64,000 nucleotides of DNA from an uncultured Candidatus Saccharibacteria bacterium (lineage in GTDB: Bacteria > Patescibacteriota > Minisyncoccia > Minisyncoccales > CAYUYO01): assembly GCA_964449385.1 (NCBI GenBank), contig CAYUYO010000003.1, positions 483 through 64,482 of the forward strand. Direction: 5' to 3'. The notes below the pieces were generated by a model. It searched no databases. It was not told the DNA's origin and saw nothing but the letters and a program-made list of their open reading frames with translations. Made by a program: the position numbers and the translations under genes. This document shows, piece after piece, positions 10,429 through 18,744 of this stretch. Within the stretch, counting starts at the first letter, position 1. Each line of letters begins with the position of its first letter.

Positions 10429-11440
10429 GGAAATAACTAATAAAGAAATCTGGGAAGATTTTCTTTTAAGATATAAAGAAAAGACTTTTTTGAGTTCTTG
10501 GAATTGGGGAGAATTTCAAAAAATGATGGGAAATAAAATTTGGAGATTGGGAATTTACGACAAAGAAAAATTGCTTGGACTTTCTTTAGTTTCAAAAATA
10601 ATAGCTAAACGAGACACTTTTCTTTTAATTCAACATGGGCCGAATATTAATGTTTTCAAACGCGAGATTTTTAAAACATTATTAGAAAAACTTAAAAAAA
10701 TTGGAAAGAAAGAAAAAGCAAGTTTTATTAGAATAAATCCTTTGTGGGAAAAAACTGAAGAAAATAAAGCAATATTTCGTGATTTAGAGTTTAGAGAAGC
10801 TCCAATGCATGCTAATTCTTATGAAAGTACTTGGAAGCTTGATATTAATTTTTCAGAAGACGAACTTTTAAAAAATATGCGGAAAACTACACGCTATCTT
10901 ATTCGTAAAACATCGCTTAATCAAAATATTGTAATTGAAAAAAGCATGAAATCAGATGATGTTAAAATATACCAAAAACTTGTTGAAGAAGTAGCTGCGG
11001 TTCAAAAATTCATACCCTTTTCTTTCAAATATGTAAAAAATGAGTTCAATATTTTTTTAAAAAACAAAGAAGTAATGTTGTTTTTTGGAAAATATCAAGG
11101 AAAAATTATATCTTCAGCTTTAATTATTTTTTGGCAAAAAATTGGTTTTTATCACCAGGCTGCTTTATTGCCGCAATATCATAAAATTCCAGCTGCTTAT
11201 CTTTTACAGTGGGAGGCGATTAAAGAAGCAAAAAAAAGAGGATGTGTTTTATATGATTTTTGGGGTTATATTAATCCTAAAAAACAGTCAAAACATCCTT
11301 GGGCTGGTCCCACTCTTTTTAAAATGGGTTTCGGCGGTTATAAAAAAGAATACTTAAAAACTCAGGATTTTCCTCTTTCAAAAAAATACTGGCTCACTTT
11401 TATTTTTGAGAAATTAAGGAAAATAAAAAGAGGTTTATGA
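10418..11440 (+). CDS. FemAB/MurM-family peptidoglycan branch peptidyltransferase-like protein
   Basis: 340 aa with FLSSWNWGEFQK, YHQAALLPQY and LQWEAIKEAKKRGCVLYDFWG, resembling FemX/MurM-type aminoacyl transferases. Confidence 0.7.
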   Translation: MEIKEITNKEIWEDFLLRYKEKTFLSSWNWGEFQKMMGNKIWRLGIYDKEKLLGLSLVSKIIAKRDTFLLIQHGPNINVFKREIFKTLLEKLKKIGKKEKASFIRINPLWEKTEENKAIFRDLEFREAPMHANSYESTWKLDINFSEDELLKNMRKTTRYLIRKTSLNQNIVIEKSMKSDDVKIYQKLVEEVAAVQKFIPFSFKYVKNEFNIFLKNKEVMLFFGKYQGKIISSALIIFWQKIGFYHQAALLPQYHKIPAAYLLQWEAIKEAKKRGCVLYDFWGYINPKKQSKHPWAGPTLFKMGFGGYKKEYLKTQDFPLSKKYWLTFIFEKLRKIKRGL

Positions 11441-12240
11441 GGAAAAACTTTTACAAACCGTATAGAATTAAAAAAAAGAAATCAATTTTTCAAAATCGTT
11501 TTTTTTGGTCTGGGTTTTTAATTTTATTAATGTTAATTGCAGTTTTTTATTTAGTTTATTTTTCTTCCTTTTTTCAAGTGAAAAAGATTACAATCGCCAG
11601 CGTAGAAAACATTCCGAAGCAAGATATTAATTTAATAATTGAAAAAGAGTTAAACAAACAAATATTATTCTTTAAAACAAGAAGTATTTTTTTGATTAAT
11701 CAAAATGAGATAAAAAAAGACGTCTTGAATAATTTTCCAGAGATATCTAAGGTTACGATTGATAGAAGATTGCCGAGTACCTTAAACGTTTCTTTAACAC
11801 AAAGACAGGAAATGGCTATTTGGTATCAGGATGAAAAAAGTTTTTTATTGGACAATGAGGGAATAATTTTTAAAGAAATTACTGAAGCTGAATCAGATTT
11901 ATTGAAAATCAAAAACTTAGTTCAGGAAATAGAATTGAAATTGGGAAATAGAGTAATTGAAAAAGAAAAACTAAATCAAATTTTCAGTATTAATTCTTGG
12001 CTGAAAAATAATTTAAAAATTTCTTTAAAAACTGTTAATATAATTTCTGGAGAAAGATTGAATATGGAAACTTTTGATGGTTGGGAAATCTATCTTAATC
12101 CCCAAGGAGATATAGATTGGCAGTTAACAAAACTCAAGGCGGTCTTAGAAGAAATTCCTTTTGAAAAGAGAAAAAATATTGAACACATTGAATTAAGGTT
12201 TGGAAATCTTGCTCCGGTTAGTCCTCCATTAATAGATTAG
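11437..12240 (+). CDS. ftsQ: FtsQ-type POTRA domain cell division protein
   Basis: Basic N-terminus, single TM, then a POTRA-like segment (FQVKKITI...). Sits in a cell-wall gene context. Confidence 0.65.
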   Translation: MRKNFYKPYRIKKKKSIFQNRFFWSGFLILLMLIAVFYLVYFSSFFQVKKITIASVENIPKQDINLIIEKELNKQILFFKTRSIFLINQNEIKKDVLNNFPEISKVTIDRRLPSTLNVSLTQRQEMAIWYQDEKSFLLDNEGIIFKEITEAESDLLKIKNLVQEIELKLGNRVIEKEKLNQIFSINSWLKNNLKISLKTVNIISGERLNMETFDGWEIYLNPQGDIDWQLTKLKAVLEEIPFEKRKNIEHIELRFGNLAPVSPPLID

Positions 12241-12241
12241 T

Positions 12242-13153
12242 TTATAGCCATTTCTTTTTACGGAAATAAATTATCATAATTCCAATTAAAAATAGCATTG
12301 TTAATATTATTATTGGAAAACCGAACTGAGAATTATTAAAAGGAAGAATAATATTCATTCCCCAGATACTGGCAATTAAAGTTAATGGAAGCATAATCAC
12401 CGAAAAGACGGTTAAAACTCGCATAACCTCATTTATTTTAGCTGAAAGAAGAGATTGATTGGTGTCTTCTAAGGCTAAAATTGTTTCTTTATAAGTTTGT
12501 AAACTATTACTAGCTTGCGAATATATGCCTATAATGTCGGAGAAGTAGGGAAGTAAGCTTTCTCCAAAAAAAATTACCCCTTCTTTAGAAAGCGATTCTA
12601 AAGTTTCTCCTTGAGGTTCGACAATCCGCCAAAAATTAATTATGTCAGTTTTAACTAACGAAATTTCGGTTACCATTTCTTTTTCTTTTCCCTGGAAAAT
12701 TTCTTCTTCGATATTTTCTATCTTAGAATCAATTCTGTCTAATTTAGTGAGGCAGTTGTTCCAAAATTCATTAAGAAGAAAAAATAAAAGATAACCAGCA
12801 CTCAAACTCATATATTTTTTTCTTGCTTCGGGATAAAGATTACATTTATCAAATAGAATTTTTAAAGGAACAAGTGATTTATAATGATTGGTGATTAAAA
12901 CATTTTTAGTTATAATGATATCTAGTTCTCTGGGTTTGGTTTCCCTCTTTTCTTTACTATAAATAGGATAATGAAAAACCATAAAAAGATATTTTTTATA
13001 AGATTCTACTTTTGGTCGATGACTTGGTGGAATTAATTCTTCCAATACTAAAGGATGAAGATCGAATTCTCTTTTTAAATATTTTATATCTTCCTCGGTT
13101 GGATTTTTAATATCAACCCAAGTTACATTTTCACCCTTGATAATAAATTTCAT
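12242..13153 (-). CDS. corA: CorA-family magnesium/cobalt transporter
   Basis: C-terminal two TMs with a GMN motif (IWGMNIILPF). The track ORF runs to a GTG at 13300 and overlaps grpE. I prefer the ATG at 13153, preceded by TGGTAAAAT; an ATG at 13183 is also possible. Confidence 0.85.
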   Translation of the reverse strand: MKFIIKGENVTWVDIKNPTEEDIKYLKREFDLHPLVLEELIPPSHRPKVESYKKYLFMVFHYPIYSKEKRETKPRELDIIITKNVLITNHYKSLVPLKILFDKCNLYPEARKKYMSLSAGYLLFFLLNEFWNNCLTKLDRIDSKIENIEEEIFQGKEKEMVTEISLVKTDIINFWRIVEPQGETLESLSKEGVIFFGESLLPYFSDIIGIYSQASNSLQTYKETILALEDTNQSLLSAKINEVMRVLTVFSVIMLPLTLIASIWGMNIILPFNNSQFGFPIIILTMLFLIGIMIIYFRKKKWL

Positions 13154-13185
13154 AATTTTTTCTGTCTTAAAATATTTTACCATAG

Positions 13186-13213
13186 TTGACTTTTTACTAC
13201 AATTTACTAAAAT
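13186..13213 (+). promoter_or_regulatory. Promoter of grpE-dnaK-dnaJ (near-leaderless)
   Basis: TTGACT 13186-13191, 16-nt spacer, TAAAAT 13208-13213, ATG at 13222 (8-nt gap). Confidence 0.5.
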
Positions 13214-13221
13214 ATTAAGAT

Positions 13222-13698
13222 ATGGAAGACAAATTAGAAGAATTAAAGAAAAAACTAGAAGAATGTCAGAAAAAACAAGCTGAATATTTGGCTTATGCAC
13301 AAAGGACTAAGGCCGACTTCTTAAATTATAAAAAAGAAGAAACAGAAAGGATAATTGAATTTTTGAAATATGGAAATTTAGATCTGATTTTAAAAATATT
13401 GCCCGTTTTAGACAATTTTGAAAAAGCAGAAAAAGAAGTTCCTATTGAGGAAAAGGATAATAAGTTTTTACATGGGTTTTTGCAAATAAAAATTCAACTT
13501 CAAGATTTTCTGAAAAATCATGGTAGGATTGAAGAAATAAAAACGATTAATAAAAAGTTTGATCCTAATTTTCAAGAAGCAATTGAAGTAATTGAAAAAA
13601 AAGGAGTAGAATCGGGAACAGTTTTGGAAGAAATTCAAAAAGGTTATTTACTTCAAGGAAAGGTTATAAGGCCTGCCAAAGTTAAGGTCGCAAAATAA
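13222..13698 (+). CDS. grpE: Nucleotide exchange factor GrpE
   Basis: Coiled-coil N-terminus, RTKADFLNYKKE, FDPNFQEA, and a position upstream of dnaK. Confidence 0.9.
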   Translation: MEDKLEELKKKLEECQKKQAEYLAYAQRTKADFLNYKKEETERIIEFLKYGNLDLILKILPVLDNFEKAEKEVPIEEKDNKFLHGFLQIKIQLQDFLKNHGRIEEIKTINKKFDPNFQEAIEVIEKKGVESGTVLEEIQKGYLLQGKVIRPAKVKVAK

Positions 13699-13714
13699 AT
13701 TATTATATAAAAAT

Positions 13715-15589
13715 ATGGCAAAAATTTTAGGCATAGATTTAGGTACAACTTTTTCGGCTATGGCAGTGATTGAAGCCGGTGAGCCGAAGATTGTTGAAAA
13801 TAAAGAAGGAGGAAGAATTACTCCTTCTGTCGTAGCCGTGACTAAAACCGGAGAAAGGTTAGTTGGTATTACATCTAAAAGACAGCAAATTACTAATCCT
13901 AAGAATACTATTTTTTCAATTAAAAGATTGATAGGCAGACATTTTTCTGACCAAGAAGTTCAAAAAGATAAAAAACTTTTACCTTATGAATTAAAAGAGG
14001 CAAGTGATGGCGGGATTGATGTAAAGATGGGAGATAAATGGTTTAAACCAGCTGAAATTTCGGCCCAGATTTTACAGAAATTAAAGATTGATGCCGAGGA
14101 AAAATTAGGAGAAAAAATCGAAGAAGCAATCATCACTTGTCCGGCTTATTTTGATGACAGCCAAAGAAAAGCAACTAAAGTAGCAGGAGAAGTTGCAGGA
14201 TTTAAAGTAAGAAGAGTAATTAATGAACCGACAGCTGCTGCATTAGCTTACGGATTAACTAAAAAAGGAGAGAAGCAAATTATTGTTTATGATTTTGGCG
14301 GTGGCACTTTTGACGTTTCTATTTTGGACGTTTCTGAAGAAACGGTTAGAGTTATAGGAACTGGCGGAGATACTCATTTAGGCGGAGATGATTTTGACCA
14401 AAGAATAATGGATTGGATAGTTAATGAATTCAAAAAAGATCAGGGAATTGATTTGTCAAAAGATCCCTTGGCTTTGCAAAGAATTAAAGAAGCTGCCGAG
14501 AAAGCAAAAATAGAATTATCAACCGCTTTAGAAAGTGAAATTAATCTTCCTTTTGTTACTTCTGATGCTGCAGGACCAAAGCATCTTTATTACAAATTAA
14601 CCCGGGCAAAGTTAGAAGACTTAGTTTCAGATTATATTGCTAAATCACTTGAAGTAACTAAGCAAACTTTGAAAGAAGCTAAACTGGAACCAAAAGATAT
14701 TGAAGAGATAGTTTTAGTTGGCGGTCAAATCCGAATGCCGAAAATTCAAGAAGAAATTAAAAAACTTTTTAACAAAGAGCTTTGTAAAGAAATTAATCCT
14801 GACGAAGTAGTAGCTATTGGAGCAGCTATTCAAGGAGGAATTTTACAGGGAGAGATGAAAGAAGTTTTACTTTTGGATGTTACACCGCTTTCTTTGGGTA
14901 TTGAAACACTAGGAGGAGTGAGTACTGTTTTAATTTCTAAGAACACTACTGTCCCGACGGCAAAAACTCAAATTTTTTCTACAGCTGCTGAGAGTCAAAC
15001 TACTGTTGAAATTCATATTTTACAAGGAGAAAGGCCAATGGCAATAGATAATAAAACCTTAGGAAAGTTTATTCTGGATGGTATTCCACCTGCTCCCAGA
15101 GGTATTCCTCAAATTGAAGTTACTTTTGATATTGACGCTAATGGTATTTTAAATGTTACGGCCAAAGATAAAGCTACTAATAAAGTTCAGTCAATCAAGA
15201 TTGAAGGTTCAATAGGTATTTCTAAAGAGGAGGTAGAGAAAATGAAAAAAGAAGCAGAATTACATGCTACTGAAGATAAAAAGAAGCAGGAAATCATTGA
15301 AAATAGAAATTTAGCCGATAATATGATTTATACTACTGAGAAAACTTTAAAAGAAGCCGGAGATAAAGTTGCCACAGATTTAAAAAAAGAGATTGAAGAA
15401 AAAATTGAAGCTTTAAAAAAAGTCAAAGATGGTGATAATATAGAAGAAATAAAAAGTAAAACTTCAGAACTTTCTCAAGCAGTCCAGAAAGTTGGAGCAG
15501 AGTTATATAAACAAACCGCTGAAACAAAAAAACCAGAACAAGAAGAAGAGAAAAAAGGTCCTGAAGAAGGAGAATACAAAGAAAAGTAA
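13715..15589 (+). CDS. dnaK: Chaperone DnaK (Hsp70)
   Basis: GIDLGTT, DFGGGTFDVS, VLVGGQIRMP and the EEVD-less acidic tail give an unambiguous Hsp70. Confidence 0.98.
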   Translation: MAKILGIDLGTTFSAMAVIEAGEPKIVENKEGGRITPSVVAVTKTGERLVGITSKRQQITNPKNTIFSIKRLIGRHFSDQEVQKDKKLLPYELKEASDGGIDVKMGDKWFKPAEISAQILQKLKIDAEEKLGEKIEEAIITCPAYFDDSQRKATKVAGEVAGFKVRRVINEPTAAALAYGLTKKGEKQIIVYDFGGGTFDVSILDVSEETVRVIGTGGDTHLGGDDFDQRIMDWIVNEFKKDQGIDLSKDPLALQRIKEAAEKAKIELSTALESEINLPFVTSDAAGPKHLYYKLTRAKLEDLVSDYIAKSLEVTKQTLKEAKLEPKDIEEIVLVGGQIRMPKIQEEIKKLFNKELCKEINPDEVVAIGAAIQGGILQGEMKEVLLLDVTPLSLGIETLGGVSTVLISKNTTVPTAKTQIFSTAAESQTTVEIHILQGERPMAIDNKTLGKFILDGIPPAPRGIPQIEVTFDIDANGILNVTAKDKATNKVQSIKIEGSIGISKEEVEKMKKEAELHATEDKKKQEIIENRNLADNMIYTTEKTLKEAGDKVATDLKKEIEEKIEALKKVKDGDNIEEIKSKTSELSQAVQKVGAELYKQTAETKKPEQEEEKKGPEEGEYKEK

Positions 15590-15592
15590 TTT

Positions 15593-16699
15593 ATGGCAAA
15601 GGATTATTATCAGATTTTAGGAATTTCTCGCGATGCTCCTCAGGATGAAATTAAAAAAGCTTATTATAAATTAGCTCATAAATATCATCCTGATAAAGGA
15701 GGAGACGAGAAAAAAATGAAAGAAATAAATGAAGCTTATCAAATTCTTTCGGATAAAGAAAAAAAAGCTCAGTATGATAAATTTGGTAGGATTTTTGAAG
15801 GAGCTGAAGGATTTTCCAGTCAAGGCGGACCAACATCTGGCTGGGATTTCGGATTTGGTCGTGGAAGATCCAATAATGAGGATTTTGGAGATTTTGGTTT
15901 TGGAGATTTAGGAGAGATGATGGAAGAAATTTTTGGTTTTGGTCAAACCGGAAGAAAAAAAGACCTGAAAAAGGGAAAAGATATTGAAGTTGATTTGGAA
16001 ATTCCTTTAGAGTATACTTTGGAAGGAAAAGAAAAAGAGATTACTTTAAGAAAATTGGTTACTTGTCCCAGATGTCAAGGAACTGGAGCGGAACCGGGCA
16101 GTAAAACAAAAGAATGTTTTTCCTGTCGTGGAACAGGTCAAGTTCAGCAAATTAGAAAAACTCCATTTGGTTCTTTTACTAGATATATTGTTTGTCCAGA
16201 ATGCCACGGAGAAGGATATAAACCAGAAAAATCTTGTAATGTTTGTAAAGGTGAAGGCAGAATAGAAGGAGAAGAAAATATTAAAATTTTCATTCCGGCT
16301 GGTGTTGATACTAATCAGGTAATAAAAGTTGAAGGAAGGGGAGAGGCTGGAAGAAAAAAAGGCAAAGTAGGAGATTTATATTGTCGGATTTTTATTAAAC
16401 CTCATTCTGTTTTCAAAAGAAAAGGAGATGATTTATTTTTAAAAACAGTGATTTCTTTTTCTCAAGCTGCTTTAGGAGATGCAATTGAAATTCCTACTTT
16501 AGGAGGAAAGAATATTTCTTTGAAAATTCCATCTGGTACTGAGTCTGGAAAAATTTTAAGAATTTCGGGCAAAGGAATTCCTCGTTTTGCAGGTTACGGC
16601 AAAGGAAATATGTATGTAGAATTAATTATTAAAACTCCGAAAAAGCTGACAAAAAAACAAAAAGAACTTTTAGAGCAATTGAAACAAGAAGGAATATAA
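15593..16699 (+). CDS. dnaJ: Co-chaperone DnaJ
   Basis: J-domain with HPD (KYHPDKG), G/F region and four CxxCxGxG zinc motifs. Confidence 0.95.
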   Translation: MAKDYYQILGISRDAPQDEIKKAYYKLAHKYHPDKGGDEKKMKEINEAYQILSDKEKKAQYDKFGRIFEGAEGFSSQGGPTSGWDFGFGRGRSNNEDFGDFGFGDLGEMMEEIFGFGQTGRKKDLKKGKDIEVDLEIPLEYTLEGKEKEITLRKLVTCPRCQGTGAEPGSKTKECFSCRGTGQVQQIRKTPFGSFTRYIVCPECHGEGYKPEKSCNVCKGEGRIEGEENIKIFIPAGVDTNQVIKVEGRGEAGRKKGKVGDLYCRIFIKPHSVFKRKGDDLFLKTVISFSQAALGDAIEIPTLGGKNISLKIPSGTESGKILRISGKGIPRFAGYGKGNMYVELIIKTPKKLTKKQKELLEQLKQEGI

Positions 16700-16772
16700 G
16701 CCCCCGTAGCTCAATTGGTAGAGCAGCTCCCTTTTAAGGAGACGGTCACGTGTTCAAATCGCGTCGGGGGCA
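16700..16772 (+). tRNA. tRNA-Lys (anticodon UUU)
   Basis: Cloverleaf folded by hand. Acceptor GCCCCCG/CGGGGGC, D arm GCTC-AATTGGTA-GAGC, anticodon loop CTTTTAA, T arm ACGTG-TTCAAAT-CGCGT. No encoded CCA. Confidence 0.9.
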
Positions 16773-16787
16773 CTTTTTTATTTAATA

Positions 16788-16815
16788 TTGACAAAAATAA
16801 ATTTACTTTTATAAT
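16788..16815 (+). promoter_or_regulatory. Near-consensus promoter of the downstream sRNA
   Basis: TTGACA 16788-16793, 16-nt spacer, TATAAT 16810-16815. Confidence 0.6.
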
Positions 16816-16821
16816 TAAATA

Positions 16822-17063
16822 TCTGCTCTTTTTAAGAATCTGAGAGTTAACAAAACCATCCGAGCTTCTGGGTAGTGAAGCCCAGAGCAGTAAAAGTAGC
16901 GTAGACTACTAAAGGAGGGAACGATGCCAGTTATCCAACTTAGTTGAAGCCTTGGTTGGAAGTAAAAAGTAAAGGCTTCTTTCAGACTCTCAGATTTTGG
17001 AGCAGTACAAAGCCGCGTTTCAGATCAATTTGATTGATTTGGAACGCGGCTACTTCATTTTTT
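16822..17063 (+). ncRNA. Unclassified structured small RNA (~185-nt closed core plus terminator hairpin)
   Basis: Terminal helices CTGCTC (16823-28) / GAGCAG (17000-05) and 16837-47 / 16986-96 (11 bp) enclose three hairpins. Their stems are 16868-72/16881-85, 16895-99/16906-10 and 16946-53/16972-79. A GCCGCGTT/AACGCGGC hairpin (17012-17050) and a T-run follow. G+C is elevated and there is no ORF. Confidence 0.55.
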
Positions 17064-17084
17064 ATTGGCCTAAGAATTAAAATT

Positions 17085-17093
17085 TGCTATAAT
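17085..17093 (+). promoter_or_regulatory. Extended -10 promoter of ctpA (leaderless)
   Basis: TGCTATAAT at 17085-17093, with the ATG at 17102 (8-nt gap). Confidence 0.45.
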
Positions 17094-17101
17094 GTTATGG
17101 T

Positions 17102-18274
17102 ATGAGTTTTAAAAAGACTTTAATTTTTATTTCGTTGGTCGTTGTTATTTTAACTAGTTTTAGCGGTGGTCTTTATTATGGGGAATCGCAGTGTAAAATT
17201 TGTCCGCCCGAGGAAATTGATTTTTCTCTTTTATGGCAAACCTTGCACGAGCTTGAGGAAAAATTTGTCAATAAATCAGCTCTTGATATTCAGAAAATGA
17301 TTTACGGAGCTATCTCCGGAATGGTAAAATCTTTAGAAGATCCTTATACAGTCTTTTTGAATCCTGAAGATACTAAAAGATTTAGCGATGATATTAAAGG
17401 AAGTTTTGAGGGAGTAGGTATGGAAATTAGTATAAGAAAGGGTCAGCTTCAGGTGATTGCTCCCTTGGAAGGGACGCCGGCGCAAAAAGCAGGGTTGCGT
17501 GCCGGGGATAAAATTATAAAAGTGGACGATACTTTAACAATTGACTTGACTATTGATGAAGCGGTTAATTTAATTCGGGGTGAAAAAGGGACAGAAGTAA
17601 TTTTGACAATTTATCGTCAAGATTGGGAAAATACCAGAGAAATTAAAATTATTAGAGGAATAATTGAAATCCCTTCTTTAAAATGGGAAATAAAAGATGA
17701 TAATATTGCTTATCTGCAACTCTATCAATTTTCGGAGAAAGCTAATTTTGATTTTAGAGAAGCAGCTATTGAAATTTTAGCCAGTCCTTGTAAAAAAATA
17801 ATTTTGGACTTAAGAAATAATCCAGGTGGTTATTTAGAAGTAGCTCAGAATATTGCAGGCTGGTTTCTTGAAAAAGAAAAAATTGTGGTTATCGAGGATT
17901 TTGGCGGTAAGCAAGAACAGCAAATTTACAAAGCCAATGGCACGGCAAGCTTAGCCGAATATCCAATAGTGATTTTAATAAATCAAGGATCTGCTTCTGC
18001 TTCTGAAATTTTAGCCGGAGCTTTAAGAGATAATCGTGATATATTATTGGTCGGCGAAAAATCTTTTGGTAAAGGATCTGTTCAAGAATTAAAAATGTTA
18101 AAAGGAGATTCTTCTCTTAAAGTGACCATAGCTAAATGGTTGACTCCAAAAGGCGAATCTATTACAGATAAAGGATTGGAGCCGGATGTTGAAGTAGAGA
18201 TAACAGAAGAAGATTATACAGAGGAAAGAGACCCTCAATTAGATAAAGCGATTGAAATAATTAAAAGCTTATAG
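17102..18274 (+). CDS. ctpA: S41-family carboxy-terminal processing peptidase
   Basis: N-terminal TM, PDZ (GLRAGDKIIKVD), catalytic region GSASASEI and GEKSFGKGSVQ. Confidence 0.9.
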   Translation: MSFKKTLIFISLVVVILTSFSGGLYYGESQCKICPPEEIDFSLLWQTLHELEEKFVNKSALDIQKMIYGAISGMVKSLEDPYTVFLNPEDTKRFSDDIKGSFEGVGMEISIRKGQLQVIAPLEGTPAQKAGLRAGDKIIKVDDTLTIDLTIDEAVNLIRGEKGTEVILTIYRQDWENTREIKIIRGIIEIPSLKWEIKDDNIAYLQLYQFSEKANFDFREAAIEILASPCKKIILDLRNNPGGYLEVAQNIAGWFLEKEKIVVIEDFGGKQEQQIYKANGTASLAEYPIVILINQGSASASEILAGALRDNRDILLVGEKSFGKGSVQELKMLKGDSSLKVTIAKWLTPKGESITDKGLEPDVEVEITEEDYTEERDPQLDKAIEIIKSL

Positions 18275-18288
18275 TACAATACTATAAT

Positions 18289-18744
18289 ATGCGGGTTATT
18301 TTACTCAAAGATGTTGAAAATATAGGAAAGAAGCACGATATCAAAGAAGTTAAAGATGGTTTTGCTAGGAACTTTTTGATTCCTAAAGGTTTGGTAAAAT
18401 TAGTTACCAAGAAGAATCTTACTTGGTTAGAAGTTCAGAAAGAGACAGAAACACGAAAAGCCGAAGAAGAACTAAAGAAAATTCAAGGAATAGCTTCAAC
18501 TATTGATGGTCAGGAAATTATTATTCCGGTTAAACTTGGCGAAGAGGACCAGTTATTTGAATCAATTACTACACAAAAGCTTTCTGAGAAATTAAAAGAA
18601 CTTGGCTTTGAGATTAAAAAAACTCAAATTAATTTAGAAAAACCAATTAAAGAACTTGGAGAATTTCTGATTAAAATTAATTTTGAACACAATTTAGAAG
18701 CCGAAATAAAGGTGATAGTATCTGAAGAAAAAAAAGAGAAATGA
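18289..18744 (+). CDS. rplI: 50S ribosomal protein L9
   Basis: MRVILLKDVENIGKKHDIKEVKDGFARNFLIPKGLV is the canonical bL9 N-domain. Confidence 0.9.
   Translation: MRVILLKDVENIGKKHDIKEVKDGFARNFLIPKGLVKLVTKKNLTWLEVQKETETRKAEEELKKIQGIASTIDGQEIIIPVKLGEEDQLFESITTQKLSEKLKELGFEIKKTQINLEKPIKELGEFLIKINFEHNLEAEIKVIVSEEKKEK

Noticed and set aside
13154-13300. N-terminal extension of corA to a GTG at 13300. Similar extensions apply to the methyltransferase (to 38784) and the AbrB-like gene (to 62104).
   Set aside because: The extensions overlap the divergent grpE gene or contain the gene's own promoter elements, and they encode hydrophobic low-complexity sequence. Internal ATGs with -10 boxes at the right distance are more plausible.
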